Assembly (NCBI GenBank): GCA_031411295.1
Contig: JANOAV010000014.1
Location: forward strand, 1-24,124
Reading direction: 5' to 3'
Source: Verrucomicrobiales bacterium
GTDB lineage: Bacteria; Verrucomicrobiota; Verrucomicrobiia; Verrucomicrobiales; V1-33
DNA: 24,124 nt
The translations under genes and the position numbers were made by a program. The notes under the pieces are model-generated. The model was not told the origin of the DNA and ran no database searches. It saw only the letters and a program-made list of their open reading frames with translations. Shown here in pieces: positions 16,700 through 24,124 of the stretch; the stretch's first letter is position 1; each line of letters opens with the position of its first letter.

Positions 16700-17244
16700 T
16701 TCGTATCCGTCCGCGCTTGCAGATTGGCTGGCGGCGGAGCCACGCTCATGTTCGTGCTATCCGCTGCCGGGATAATGCTTCTGCCAACTGGAGCGGGCTT
16801 GGACGGCAGCGGATTCCCGGCCATGCCGTCAGGACCCGGTTCCCAGACCCAGCGACGCGATTTCATCACATAAAACGACATAAAAATGGCGACCGACGAG
16901 GCCACGGCAAGCGCCATGCGCACTGGGCGGAATCCCCTTTTCTCAAACAGACCAACGTGAATTCCCCGCAACCCGGATGCTTCCCCTGCGGATTTGTCCC
17001 CTGCTTCCTGTGGATTCTCCGCAATCACTCTGTCCAGAGCCAAAGGCGCAGGTTCGGTTATTGGCGGCGGTAAAACTACCAAAGCAAGATGCCTCGATTC
17101 GGCCTGCGGAGCTGTGATCGGATTGCCACAGCTTGGGCACGGACCACTCACACCAGCCATGGTTGCAGGCACGCCTAACTCGGCATGGCAATGCTGACAG
17201 GAGAAGTTAATCACTTCAGGTTCGGATGGAAGAGTAGCGACCAT
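16696..17244 (-). CDS. Hypothetical membrane protein with an N-terminal zinc ribbon
   Basis: FSCQHC...GPCPSCG (two CxxC), Pro-rich linker and one TM helix. Confidence 0.7.
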   Translation of the reverse strand: MVATLPSEPEVINFSCQHCHAELGVPATMAGVSGPCPSCGNPITAPQAESRHLALVVLPPPITEPAPLALDRVIAENPQEAGDKSAGEASGLRGIHVGLFEKRGFRPVRMALAVASSVAIFMSFYVMKSRRWVWEPGPDGMAGNPLPSKPAPVGRSIIPAADSTNMSVAPPPANLQARTDTK

Positions 17245-17446
17245 GTGGAAGTTTAATTAATTTAAATTAAATATCAAGAGATAATAAGAGTCGATCATCG
17301 AAATTATGGTCGTTTTGGTTACTTGGTTTCTCAACCAAAACCATCATGCGCAACACGAAAAACTAGGCTTTTCGCTTGGCAATTCCGGCCCCTTTGCCTA
17401 TGAACGAAGCTCACCGCACCTCTTCGATTCTACCTCCTCTCTACCC

Positions 17447-18031
17447 GTGGCCGACTCCCGTTCCGAACTCCTCCGTCTCCTCTCCGCGCAGTCCATTCTC
17501 TACGGAGAATTCACCTTGGTTTCCGGAAAAACGAGTGATTTCTACTGCGATTCCAAGCAGACCACACTGGACCCACGCGGAGCTTTGTTGATCGGCAAGA
17601 TCGGCTGGGAAATGATCCAGGCAGAAGCGGCCGCCACCGGGCAGAAATATGATTCCATCGGCGGGCTGACCATGGGTGCAGATCCGATTGCGCTGGCCGT
17701 CGGCATGGCTGCGAGTTCACAGCATCCCGGCACCGCCCCCATCCAAGTTTTCTGCGTCCGGAAAGTTGCCAAAGGCCATGGCCGCAACCGCCAGATCGAA
17801 GGCCGCTTTGCCGAAGGCGACTCCGTGGTCGTCGTCGATGACGTCATCACCACCGGCGGATCGACCCTGCAAGCCATCGATGCCATCCAGGAAGCTGGTG
17901 GCAAAGTCGCATTTGCGCTCGTTCTCGTGGACCGTCAGGAAGGCGGGCGGGATGCCATTGAGGCACGCGGAATTCCCGTGCGGGCCATTTTTACGCGACA
18001 AGAAATTGACGCGGTGGCGAAACCAGTCTAA
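17447..18031 (+). CDS. pyrE: Orotate phosphoribosyltransferase
   Basis: GEFTLVSGKTSDFYCD, GGLTMGADPI, VRKVAKGHG and VVVDDVITTGGS PRPP motif. Probable GTG start at 17447. Confidence 0.95.
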   Translation: MADSRSELLRLLSAQSILYGEFTLVSGKTSDFYCDSKQTTLDPRGALLIGKIGWEMIQAEAAATGQKYDSIGGLTMGADPIALAVGMAASSQHPGTAPIQVFCVRKVAKGHGRNRQIEGRFAEGDSVVVVDDVITTGGSTLQAIDAIQEAGGKVAFALVLVDRQEGGRDAIEARGIPVRAIFTRQEIDAVAKPV

Positions 18032-18034
18032 TCT
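18006..18034 (+). promoter_or_regulatory. Putative recA sigma70 promoter
   Basis: TTGACG (18006-18011), 17-bp spacer, TAATCT (18029-18034), overlapping the end of pyrE. Confidence 0.65.
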
Positions 18035-18042
18035 TCGACAAC

Positions 18043-18056
18043 TGTTCATCTGAACA
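18043..18056. promoter_or_regulatory. LexA (SOS) box, Verrucomicrobia type
   Basis: Perfect TGTTC-ATCT-GAACA palindrome 35 bp before the recA ATG. Confidence 0.85.
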
Positions 18057-18091
18057 AATCCAATTTACCCATCATCAAACAACTAGTTACC

Positions 18092-19198
18092 ATGGCCAAA
18101 GACGAACCCAAGACCACCAAAGCCGCTGCCGCCGCAGCAGCAGCCGAAGAAAAAATCTCCGGAGCCCGCGCCAAGAACCTCGACATCGCAATCCAGCAGA
18201 TCCAAAAAGACTTTGGTGAAGGTTCCATCATGCGCCTCGGTTCCGAGCAACCGGCCGACATCGACGTCATCCCTACGGGAAATTTACTGATCGACCGCGC
18301 CTTGGGCGTCGGCGGCTTTCCACGTGGTCGCGTCATCGAAATCTTTGGCCCAGAATCCTCTGGTAAAACGACCCTCACGCTCACCGTTATTGCCCAAGCG
18401 CAGAAGCGCGGTGGTTTGGCGGCGTTTATCGACGTCGAACATGCGCTGGATCCTTCTTACACCAAGAAGCTCGGCGTGAATCTCGGGGACCTGCTCGTTT
18501 GCCAACCCAGCTCTGGTGAAGAAGCGCTGCAGATCGTGGAAACCCTCGTCCGCTCCAATGCGCTGGACGTCATCGTGCTCGATTCCGTTGCCGCGTTAGT
18601 GACCAAACAGGAACTCGAAGGTGACATCGGTGACTCCACCGTCGGGGCGCAAGCCCGTCTGATGAGTGCCGCCCTGCGGAAACTGACCGGCTTCATTTCC
18701 AAAGCCCGCACCACCTGTATTTTCACCAATCAAATCCGGGAAAAGATCGGCGTTATGTTCGGCAATCCCGAAACCACCCCGGGTGGTCGCGCTCTGAAAT
18801 TCTTCGCCAGCGTCCGCGTCGATATCCGCCGGATCGGCCAGATCAAACAAACGGACGGCACCGTCACGGGGAACCGGACCAAGATCAAAGTCGTCAAAAA
18901 CAAAGTGGCACCGCCATTTACCGAAGCCGAATTCGACATCATGTATGATGAAGGCATTTCCAGCGTCGGCAGCTTGCTGGATCTCGCCTTGGAAAGCGAA
19001 ATCATTCAAAAGCGTGGTTCCTGGATGAGCTACAAAGGCAGCCAGCTCGCCCAAGGACGCGATGCCGCCAAGGAAATCCTGAAGAACGATCCTGTCATTT
19101 ACGCAGAAATCGAGACCGCCGTGAAAGCCAAACTCGACGAAGATCGCGCGGCCAAAGGCACCAAGAAAAAGCCTGCGGCCGAACCAGCCGCAGAATAA
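18092..19198 (+). CDS. recA: Recombinase A
   Basis: [48 protein letters not shown] and KNKVAPPF motifs. Confidence 0.99.
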   Translation: MAKDEPKTTKAAAAAAAAEEKISGARAKNLDIAIQQIQKDFGEGSIMRLGSEQPADIDVIPTGNLLIDRALGVGGFPRGRVIEIFGPESSGKTTLTLTVIAQAQKRGGLAAFIDVEHALDPSYTKKLGVNLGDLLVCQPSSGEEALQIVETLVRSNALDVIVLDSVAALVTKQELEGDIGDSTVGAQARLMSAALRKLTGFISKARTTCIFTNQIREKIGVMFGNPETTPGGRALKFFASVRVDIRRIGQIKQTDGTVTGNRTKIKVVKNKVAPPFTEAEFDIMYDEGISSVGSLLDLALESEIIQKRGSWMSYKGSQLAQGRDAAKEILKNDPVIYAEIETAVKAKLDEDRAAKGTKKKPAAEPAAE

Positions 19199-19225
19199 GC
19201 CCATCTTCCTTAAAGTCTTAACGTC

Positions 19226-19633
19226 ATGAAACGCACCTCCTTTCTCGCCATTAGCGGACTGAGCCTTGGGTCGCTCCTGAACCCCAGCACCGCCGCCGAA
19301 ACCACTGACCCCAAACCCGCCATGCAAAAAGTTTATCGCCACGCTGTGTTCTTCAAGTTCAAGGACGACGCCAGCCCCGCTGCCATCAAGGAAGTCGAAG
19401 CTGCCTTCCTCGCCTTGAAAGGAAAAATCCCCTCCATCCAAGCGCTTGAGTGGGGCACCAACGTAAGCCCGGAAAACCATGCCCAAGGTTACACCCATTG
19501 TTTCTTCCTCAGCTTTGCGGATCGGGAAACGTTGGTGAAGACCTACCTCGACCACCCCGACCACAAAGCCTTCGGAGCCAAACTCGGCCCCGTCCTGGAT
19601 AAGGTTTTCGTTTTCGACTACGTGGCACAGTAG
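19226..19633 (+). CDS. Dabb (stress-responsive A/B barrel) protein with an export signal
   Basis: RHAVFFKFK, EWGTNVSPE, GYTHCF, YLDHPDH and VFDY motifs; leader MKRTSFLAISGLSLG. Confidence 0.88.
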   Translation: MKRTSFLAISGLSLGSLLNPSTAAETTDPKPAMQKVYRHAVFFKFKDDASPAAIKEVEAAFLALKGKIPSIQALEWGTNVSPENHAQGYTHCFFLSFADRETLVKTYLDHPDHKAFGAKLGPVLDKVFVFDYVAQ

Positions 19634-19706
19634 GGTAATCGGGTAATCGGGCACCAAGTAATTCATTTGGTGTTCTAAGGACATCGCCACAAAGGATCAG
19701 GTAGAA

Positions 19707-19767
19707 TGTGGAGCAGTCCGCCGGACTTTTGCACTCTTTCCAGATCAGCCCAGCGGGCTGATCCACA
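19707..19767. repeat. REP-like hairpin doublet
   Basis: TGTGGAGCAGTCC-GCC-GGACT ... ATCAGCCC-AGC-GGGCTGATCCACA. The first hairpin recurs on the minus strand at 22879-22899. Confidence 0.6.
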
Positions 19768-19853
19768 CTCTTTGCATGGCACCCATCCCTAGGTGGTTCG
19801 CATCAGTCAACCTGATGGGAGCACCCCTCGGGAGGAGCCTAATGCGCTATGAG

Positions 19854-19995
19854 TCGGAGTCCCGCTATTTAGCGGAGCAACACGGTCCCTGGCACGGGCT
19901 GGGACGCTGAGCCTGATCCTCCGCCTAAAAGCGGGACTCCAACGCTTGTTCCAGTTTGGCGTGAACCCATCACCTTACATGATTTCCGCCACTAG
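19854..19995 (+). repeat. Uninterrupted REPIN-like element (IS4 target family)
   Basis: Arms TCGGAGTCCCGCTATTTAGCGG (19854-19875) and CCGCCTAAAAGCGGGACTCCAA (19921-19942), then a tail shared with 124-193. Confidence 0.8.
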
Positions 19996-20438
19996 GTGGA
20001 AATGGTCTGAAATGTAGTTATGGACTTTAGTCCGTAACCACAAAGAGTTGGTCATGGGTGAAGCGAACACCTTTTACGAAGGGGCAGCCGAAGGCAGTCA
20101 TGGAGGTGGCTCTGCGTCCGCGGCAGTGGTGATTGGTGACTCGGGATGAAGCCCATCTTTCCTCGCGAAGCACGTCCAACGAAGAACTGGGCAGCGCTGG
20201 CTAAGCGGCTTCCGAACTCTTGAGCCTTGGTTCACGACTGGCTCGGACGCAACTTCACTCCACTCCGAAAGTCACTTTTGGGGTTGGTGGATATTTTGCT
20301 CACCTTGGGTTCTTTTGCGGCAATTGGCTTGGAGGAGAAATTTTCAGCCTCAGATTTAGGCTATGCTCTTTTTCCCTCCGGTCAGGATCGTCTAGCCTAC
20401 CAGAGCACTAAAGGCCACCTAAAGCTTAACGCCTTGGT

Positions 20439-20472
20439 GAATTCGCTAGTTTTTGAATACCTAAAGGCATTA
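20439..20472 (-). mobile_element. Degenerate left end of a related IS4-family element
   Basis: Minus strand TAATGCCTTTAGGTATTCAAAAA matches 23996-24018 at 20/23. It abuts the decayed REP arm GGCTTAAAATAGAGACTCCAAC. Confidence 0.65.
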
Positions 20473-20605
20473 GGCTTAAAATAGAGACTCCAACTCCTGT
20501 CCCGTCTTGCGTGTCCCAACCTGGGAAATGCCGTCATGGAAAGTTGGGCTGCGGCCTCAAGCATAACTCTGAGAATGTGCTGCGCCTACTTACCCTGAAC
20601 AAAGT

Positions 20606-20638
20606 AAAAGGGGCACCCCTTTTGGAGGTGCCCCTTTT
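20606..20638 (-). terminator. Intrinsic terminator of the PEP-CTERM operon (potentially bidirectional)
   Basis: AAAAGGGGCACC...GGTGCCCCTTTT, 25 bp past the stop codon. Confidence 0.85.
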
Positions 20639-20663
20639 TGAAAGAATTGCTAACTAAGATCGA

Positions 20664-21305
20664 TTAGCGCTTGCGGCGCAGACCAACCAAACCAAGCAGG
20701 CCTAGGAGTGCAGTAACGGAAGGTTCTGGAACTGCGGCACCCAAAGTAAATACATTACCTGTCCGTGGTGTTCCCCCAGCAATACCAGTTGCACCGTTCG
20801 CCTGAAAAGCTGCGTTAGGTGTTGTGAAAGCCCAGTTTGATGCTGGAATCACGACAGCCCATGCGTCTGTTGCCAAACTTACCGCAGCCCCATTTGTCGA
20901 GGATGGAGCGAAGTCTGCTGGATAGAGAACCGATGTGGACTTCCATATACCGGCATTGGCCGATCCGCCAAGAGTGGCGCCATTGTAGACGCGGATATAA
21001 ATAGACTGCGCTGCTGCGGAGGTCGTTTGAGCGTCTGTCGTGTTTAGTGCGGCGTTCCCCAAGCCATCCGGAAATGCGGAATTTCCGTGTATCGCTGCTG
21101 ACCCGAACACTTTAAAAGTGCTCGCATCCGTAGGATCACTCATGAAGCCTGCCTCGATGAAGCCTGCGGATGACACTGGAATTACGCCACCAGGTAGGAA
21201 GAACCGATGGCCAACGCTGGTGGAAGCGAGACTAATTGCGACCGCATGGGCCGAATTTACAGCAACCAACACCAGAAGTGAGAGAGAGAGGAATAGTTTT
21301 TTCAT
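20664..21305 (-). CDS. PEP-CTERM sorting domain protein
   Basis: Signal peptide ending AHA; C-terminus VPEPSVTALLGLLGLVGLRRKR. Confidence 0.93.
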   Translation of the reverse strand: MKKLFLSLSLLVLVAVNSAHAVAISLASTSVGHRFFLPGGVIPVSSAGFIEAGFMSDPTDASTFKVFGSAAIHGNSAFPDGLGNAALNTTDAQTTSAAAQSIYIRVYNGATLGGSANAGIWKSTSVLYPADFAPSSTNGAAVSLATDAWAVVIPASNWAFTTPNAAFQANGATGIAGGTPRTGNVFTLGAAVPEPSVTALLGLLGLVGLRRKR

Positions 21306-21336
21306 AGATGTCTTGTTATGTTAGGAACCCCCTACT

Positions 21337-22359
21337 CTAGTTAGCAATTACCTGAGCAGGGAAAATGTTGTTGAACGCAGCAGTATTTACAGTGTTTTTG
21401 AGTAGAAATGCTGAAGCTTCTGGCAGGACTGTTGCTCCGAAGTCGGTCCCACCAGCGTTTAGCCAACCAGGTGAGAATTCGTCATTGCTGAGGAACACTT
21501 GACGAGGCACACCCGCTTGATAAAAAATCACATTATCGGCTGCGGTCAACTGATCCCCTTGAGTAATGACAGAAGCCAACCCACTAGTTGTGAGTGTCGT
21601 GCCAGTAGCCAAAGGAGGACAAATAATGTTGTTTCCGGCCTCAACTCCCACAACGGTTTGTCCAGTCTTGACGTGACCAACCACAGTGAAGGACGAAGCC
21701 GTAGCGCGATGCTTAACGATTACTCCCTGACCCGGCGCAATTACATCGTTCGTATGATCGGTTCCACCTGCATCCAACCAACCAGGAGCAAATTCATCAT
21801 TACTGAAATAAATGTTAACCTGCGCCTGTGTTGATGGATCAATGATTGTCACTGTGTCGGCATCGGTCAGCTGGGCGCCAGGAACAAGGCCAGAGGAATT
21901 AGTTGCACCCAAGAATGAGCCAACGGTTTGATGGGCACGAATTTTGACAGTGGTTGTTCCAGCTGTCACCAAAGCATTCAGATCATCATTTGTCGTAATC
22001 GTATCAGTGGTATTGCTGACAACATCCGTCCACATACCCATGACGGTTCCGGCTCCATTGGTCAGTTCGATCCAAAATTTGAAATTTGGAGCGCTTCCAT
22101 TGAACGCATTCAGCGAAAATGAATTGGCTGCGAACTGCAGTTGCTTAGCGCCAGGCTTGGCGGTAACAGTCCCGGCATAAGAGACTTCTTTGACGAGCGT
22201 CGGGCCGACTATGCTTACGCCAGGAGCGGATGCGGAGCCGCCAGCTAGATTGACGGTTACATAACCCACCGGATCAGTCACTGCGGAATCAGCGATAGCT
22301 CCAGAGAGTAGTGCGGCCAGGGAAGCGGCACCGGTAAGGAAGGAGAGGTTTAGTTTCAT
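21337..22359 (-). CDS. TIGR02597-like verrucomicrobial secreted protein
   Basis: Signal peptide then TDPVGYVT; internal duplication (SNDEFAPGWLDAGGTD / SNDEFSPGWLNAGGTD). Start at 22359. Confidence 0.75.
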   Translation of the reverse strand: MKLNLSFLTGAASLAALLSGAIADSAVTDPVGYVTVNLAGGSASAPGVSIVGPTLVKEVSYAGTVTAKPGAKQLQFAANSFSLNAFNGSAPNFKFWIELTNGAGTVMGMWTDVVSNTTDTITTNDDLNALVTAGTTTVKIRAHQTVGSFLGATNSSGLVPGAQLTDADTVTIIDPSTQAQVNIYFSNDEFAPGWLDAGGTDHTNDVIAPGQGVIVKHRATASSFTVVGHVKTGQTVVGVEAGNNIICPPLATGTTLTTSGLASVITQGDQLTAADNVIFYQAGVPRQVFLSNDEFSPGWLNAGGTDFGATVLPEASAFLLKNTVNTAAFNNIFPAQVIAN

Positions 22360-22396
22360 TTTAGGAAGGAAGTAGATTTTTTTGGTGGGCATCGTC

Positions 22397-22425
22397 AAAC
22401 TAGAGGGTTTTTTTCAGGATGTAAA
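22397..22425 (-). promoter_or_regulatory. Putative sigma70 promoter for the TIGR02597-like / PEP-CTERM pair
   Basis: Minus strand TTTACA, 17-bp spacer, TAGTTT, with upstream A-tracts. Confidence 0.5.
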
Positions 22426-22526
22426 GATTTAACTTCGTATTTTTTGCGACACTTTGAAGATTTTTTCTCGTTTCTGGCGTTTTGGTGGACATTCTGGTGG
22501 AAACGGGGGAATTCCCTCCTAAAACA

Positions 22527-22832
22527 TTATGTTAGTTGATCGGTTATACAAAGGCTTCGAGCAATGGTTTCCCAAAGGCGGTCGATCTCGCTAGCCCTAC
22601 GCACAGGCTGGTTGGCGCGATGGAACCAGTAGGCAGCATTGCCAGTATCTCCTTCGATGAGGTGCAGGAGGGCGTGAATCCAGGATCCGGCGGGCGAGTG
22701 GAGGTCCTGGGCGATGTTATGGGCGGCTTCCCACTGGTTATTTTTGCAGAACCACAGAGCTTGGAGGGCTTCCGACAAGATTTGTGGTGGGGCGGGGGCG
22801 CTTAGGGTCTGGAGAAAAGCTTCGTAGTGCAT
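22527..22832 (-). CDS. Small conserved-looking helical hypothetical protein
   Basis: WEAAHNIAQD...GSWIHALLHLIEGDTGNAAYWFHRA, a pattern I recall from an uncharacterised family. Confidence 0.7.
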   Translation of the reverse strand: MHYEAFLQTLSAPAPPQILSEALQALWFCKNNQWEAAHNIAQDLHSPAGSWIHALLHLIEGDTGNAAYWFHRANQPVRRASEIDRLWETIARSLCITDQLT

Positions 22833-22878
22833 GATTTTTGGCAGTTTTGGAGGCTTTGATGTTGGCGGGGCTAATTTT

Positions 22879-22899
22879 CAGCAGTCCGGCGGACTGCTG
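22879..22899. repeat. Perfect hairpin, same family as 19707-19727
   Basis: CAGCAGTCC-GGC-GGACTGCTG; no U-tract on the strand of the adjacent genes. Confidence 0.55.
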
Positions 22900-22911
22900 C
22901 CACCCTCGAAT

Positions 22912-23541
22912 TTAGCGGGGGTCTCCTCCGAATTCGTTTGGTCCGAAAGTGCCTTCCAGAAAGCCGCATTCCACCAAGGTCCAAATGGGGCCGACGATGG
23001 GAATGAAGTAGATCAGGGACATCCAGCCGGATTTACCACGGTCATGCCACCGCTTGGCGGAGGTGGCGAAGCGAAACCAAATGGCGATGACTACGAGGAT
23101 GAAAATAAGGATCCCTGCGAGAACATCCGGGATCACGTGTTCCTCCATTAAGACCACGGAGAAGGCCATGCCGACGAATAAGACAATTTGGAACACTAAG
23201 CTGACCCACCACTGCCAGCGGAGGATCCGGCCCTCGAAACTGAAGCCGATTTGCAACCAGGTTAGCGGGGTGGGTTTCTCATTGCCGTAGTTGGGACTGC
23301 CGTAGAACTGGGGGGCGGCATAGGGATTGGCATTGCCATATAAGGGTGGCGGCGGCGGGGAGAAGCTCGTTGCGGCGGAAAAATGCTGCGCTAATGCTGA
23401 TTGCCCGGCTGGCAACCAGTCGGCCTGCCCAGTCTGCCAGACCAGAGTGCCAGCATTGATCTGCCCGCTGGCGATTAAGCGGAGGATGACGGATTCATCC
23501 ACCGGGCCTTGGGCGGTGCCATTTGCGTTGTAGTGCCACAT
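22912..23541 (-). CDS. GYF_2 (DUF4339) + DUF805 membrane protein
   Basis: WHY...QGPV...TLVWQTGQADWLP (GYF_2); FSFEGRI and AKRWHDRGKSGW...GPNEFG (DUF805). Start at 23541 or 23571. Confidence 0.88.
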   Translation of the reverse strand: MWHYNANGTAQGPVDESVILRLIASGQINAGTLVWQTGQADWLPAGQSALAQHFSAATSFSPPPPPLYGNANPYAAPQFYGSPNYGNEKPTPLTWLQIGFSFEGRILRWQWWVSLVFQIVLFVGMAFSVVLMEEHVIPDVLAGILIFILVVIAIWFRFATSAKRWHDRGKSGWMSLIYFIPIVGPIWTLVECGFLEGTFGPNEFGGDPR

Positions 23542-23756
23542 AGTATTTGTTGTTGGATAGTGAGAGGCCATGCAACAAAGGAATCGGCGGCTTGGCAACG
23601 TGAAATTAATGCAATCAGCGGCACGCCAGGCCTGATTATTCCGCGGTGAAATGCCTTGAAAAGAGGCGGAGCGAGGCGGTGCCCGAGCCAGTCGTGAGAC
23701 AAAGCACCCAAATTCTGGAAGAATTATCCGAGCGATGCTCGATCGGCGAGGGGAGG

Positions 23757-23815
23757 AATTGCCAACTTGGGAGGGGCCGCAAAAGAACGCAAGGAACGCA
23801 AAGGGCTTGGCAATT
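23757..23815. repeat. 59-bp element with 9-bp inverted ends
   Basis: AATTGCCAA ... TTGGCAATT enclosing GCCGCAAAAGAACGCAAGGAACGCAAAG. A related core lies on the minus strand at 20294-20321. Confidence 0.5.
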
Positions 23816-23912
23816 TCGATCCAATGGCCCACGCCCCACCGCTACAACAGCCACGCAGAAGGGCCGCTCCCGCCGTCGCGACCTTGGAATGTCGCGCTAC
23901 GTAGCTTGGCAT

Positions 23913-23995
23913 TTGAATGCCGCTATTTTGCAGGCCGGCCTTAAGGAGGAGGATGCATTGGCGTGATGCATTGGCGTGAGGCACCGCTTAAAAGC
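23913..23995 (+). repeat. Left part of a REPIN-like element interrupted by the IS
   Basis: Decayed left arm TTGAATGCCGCTATTTTGCAGG (23913-23934), 49-bp spacer, then CCGCTTAAAAGC (23984-23995). Confidence 0.65.
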
Positions 23996-24124
23996 CAATG
24001 CCTTTAAGGATTCAAAAATATCTGGAATTCTGTAATTTCCCATGGCGCCCTGCCAGCTTCTGATGGATTGGGCGGATGCCCCATAACTCCCTGCCGCTTC
24101 CCGCATTCTTTTCCAATTTCGCCG
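23996..24124 (+). mobile_element. Left end of an IS4-family insertion sequence (truncated by window edge)
   Basis: 17-bp IR complementary to 104-120. An open frame from ATG 24076 (MPHNSLPLPAFF...) may be the transposase start. Confidence 0.75.

Noticed and set aside
17250..17275. AT-only near-palindrome as a specific operator
   Set aside because: Low complexity; more simply explained as the AT-rich divergent promoter region between the zinc-ribbon gene and pyrE.
18596..19690. 364-aa antisense ORF over recA and Dabb
   Set aside because: Shadow frame of well-supported genes with no motif; the same applies to other antisense ORFs such as 326-1000 and 7216-7899.
20220..20484. Short ORFs of 63 and 85 aa
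   Set aside because: They run through repeat and IS-end sequence, have weak starts and show no recognisable motif.
22879..22899. Intrinsic terminator of the DUF805 gene
   Set aside because: No U-tract on the minus strand, and the hairpin matches a dispersed repeat near 19707.

Overview
A 24.1-kb chromosomal segment, probably from a Verrucomicrobiota bacterium (PEP-CTERM and TIGR02597-like surface proteins, TGTTC-N4-GAACA LexA box). It is bounded at both ends by pieces of an IS4-family element inserted in REP-like hairpins. Core genes are recJ, a DUF218 protein, pyrE and recA. The main accessory feature is a ~6.5-kb operon for ADP-ribose processing (7234-13714): an NrtR regulator with two operators, DUF4291, NADAR, a CX5R phosphatase, three different ADP-ribosylglycohydrolases, a MacroD protein and a collapsed pncA stub. 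Within it, NADAR is bracketed by 103-bp direct repeats that supply the stop codons of two genes, and the third hydrolase is bracketed by 9-bp tandem arrays, which suggests cassette-like assembly. Also present are an operon of three paralogous secreted proteins, two MITE-like elements with shared ends but different hairpin cargo, and several REP-like families. All calls come from reading motifs by eye; no searches were run.
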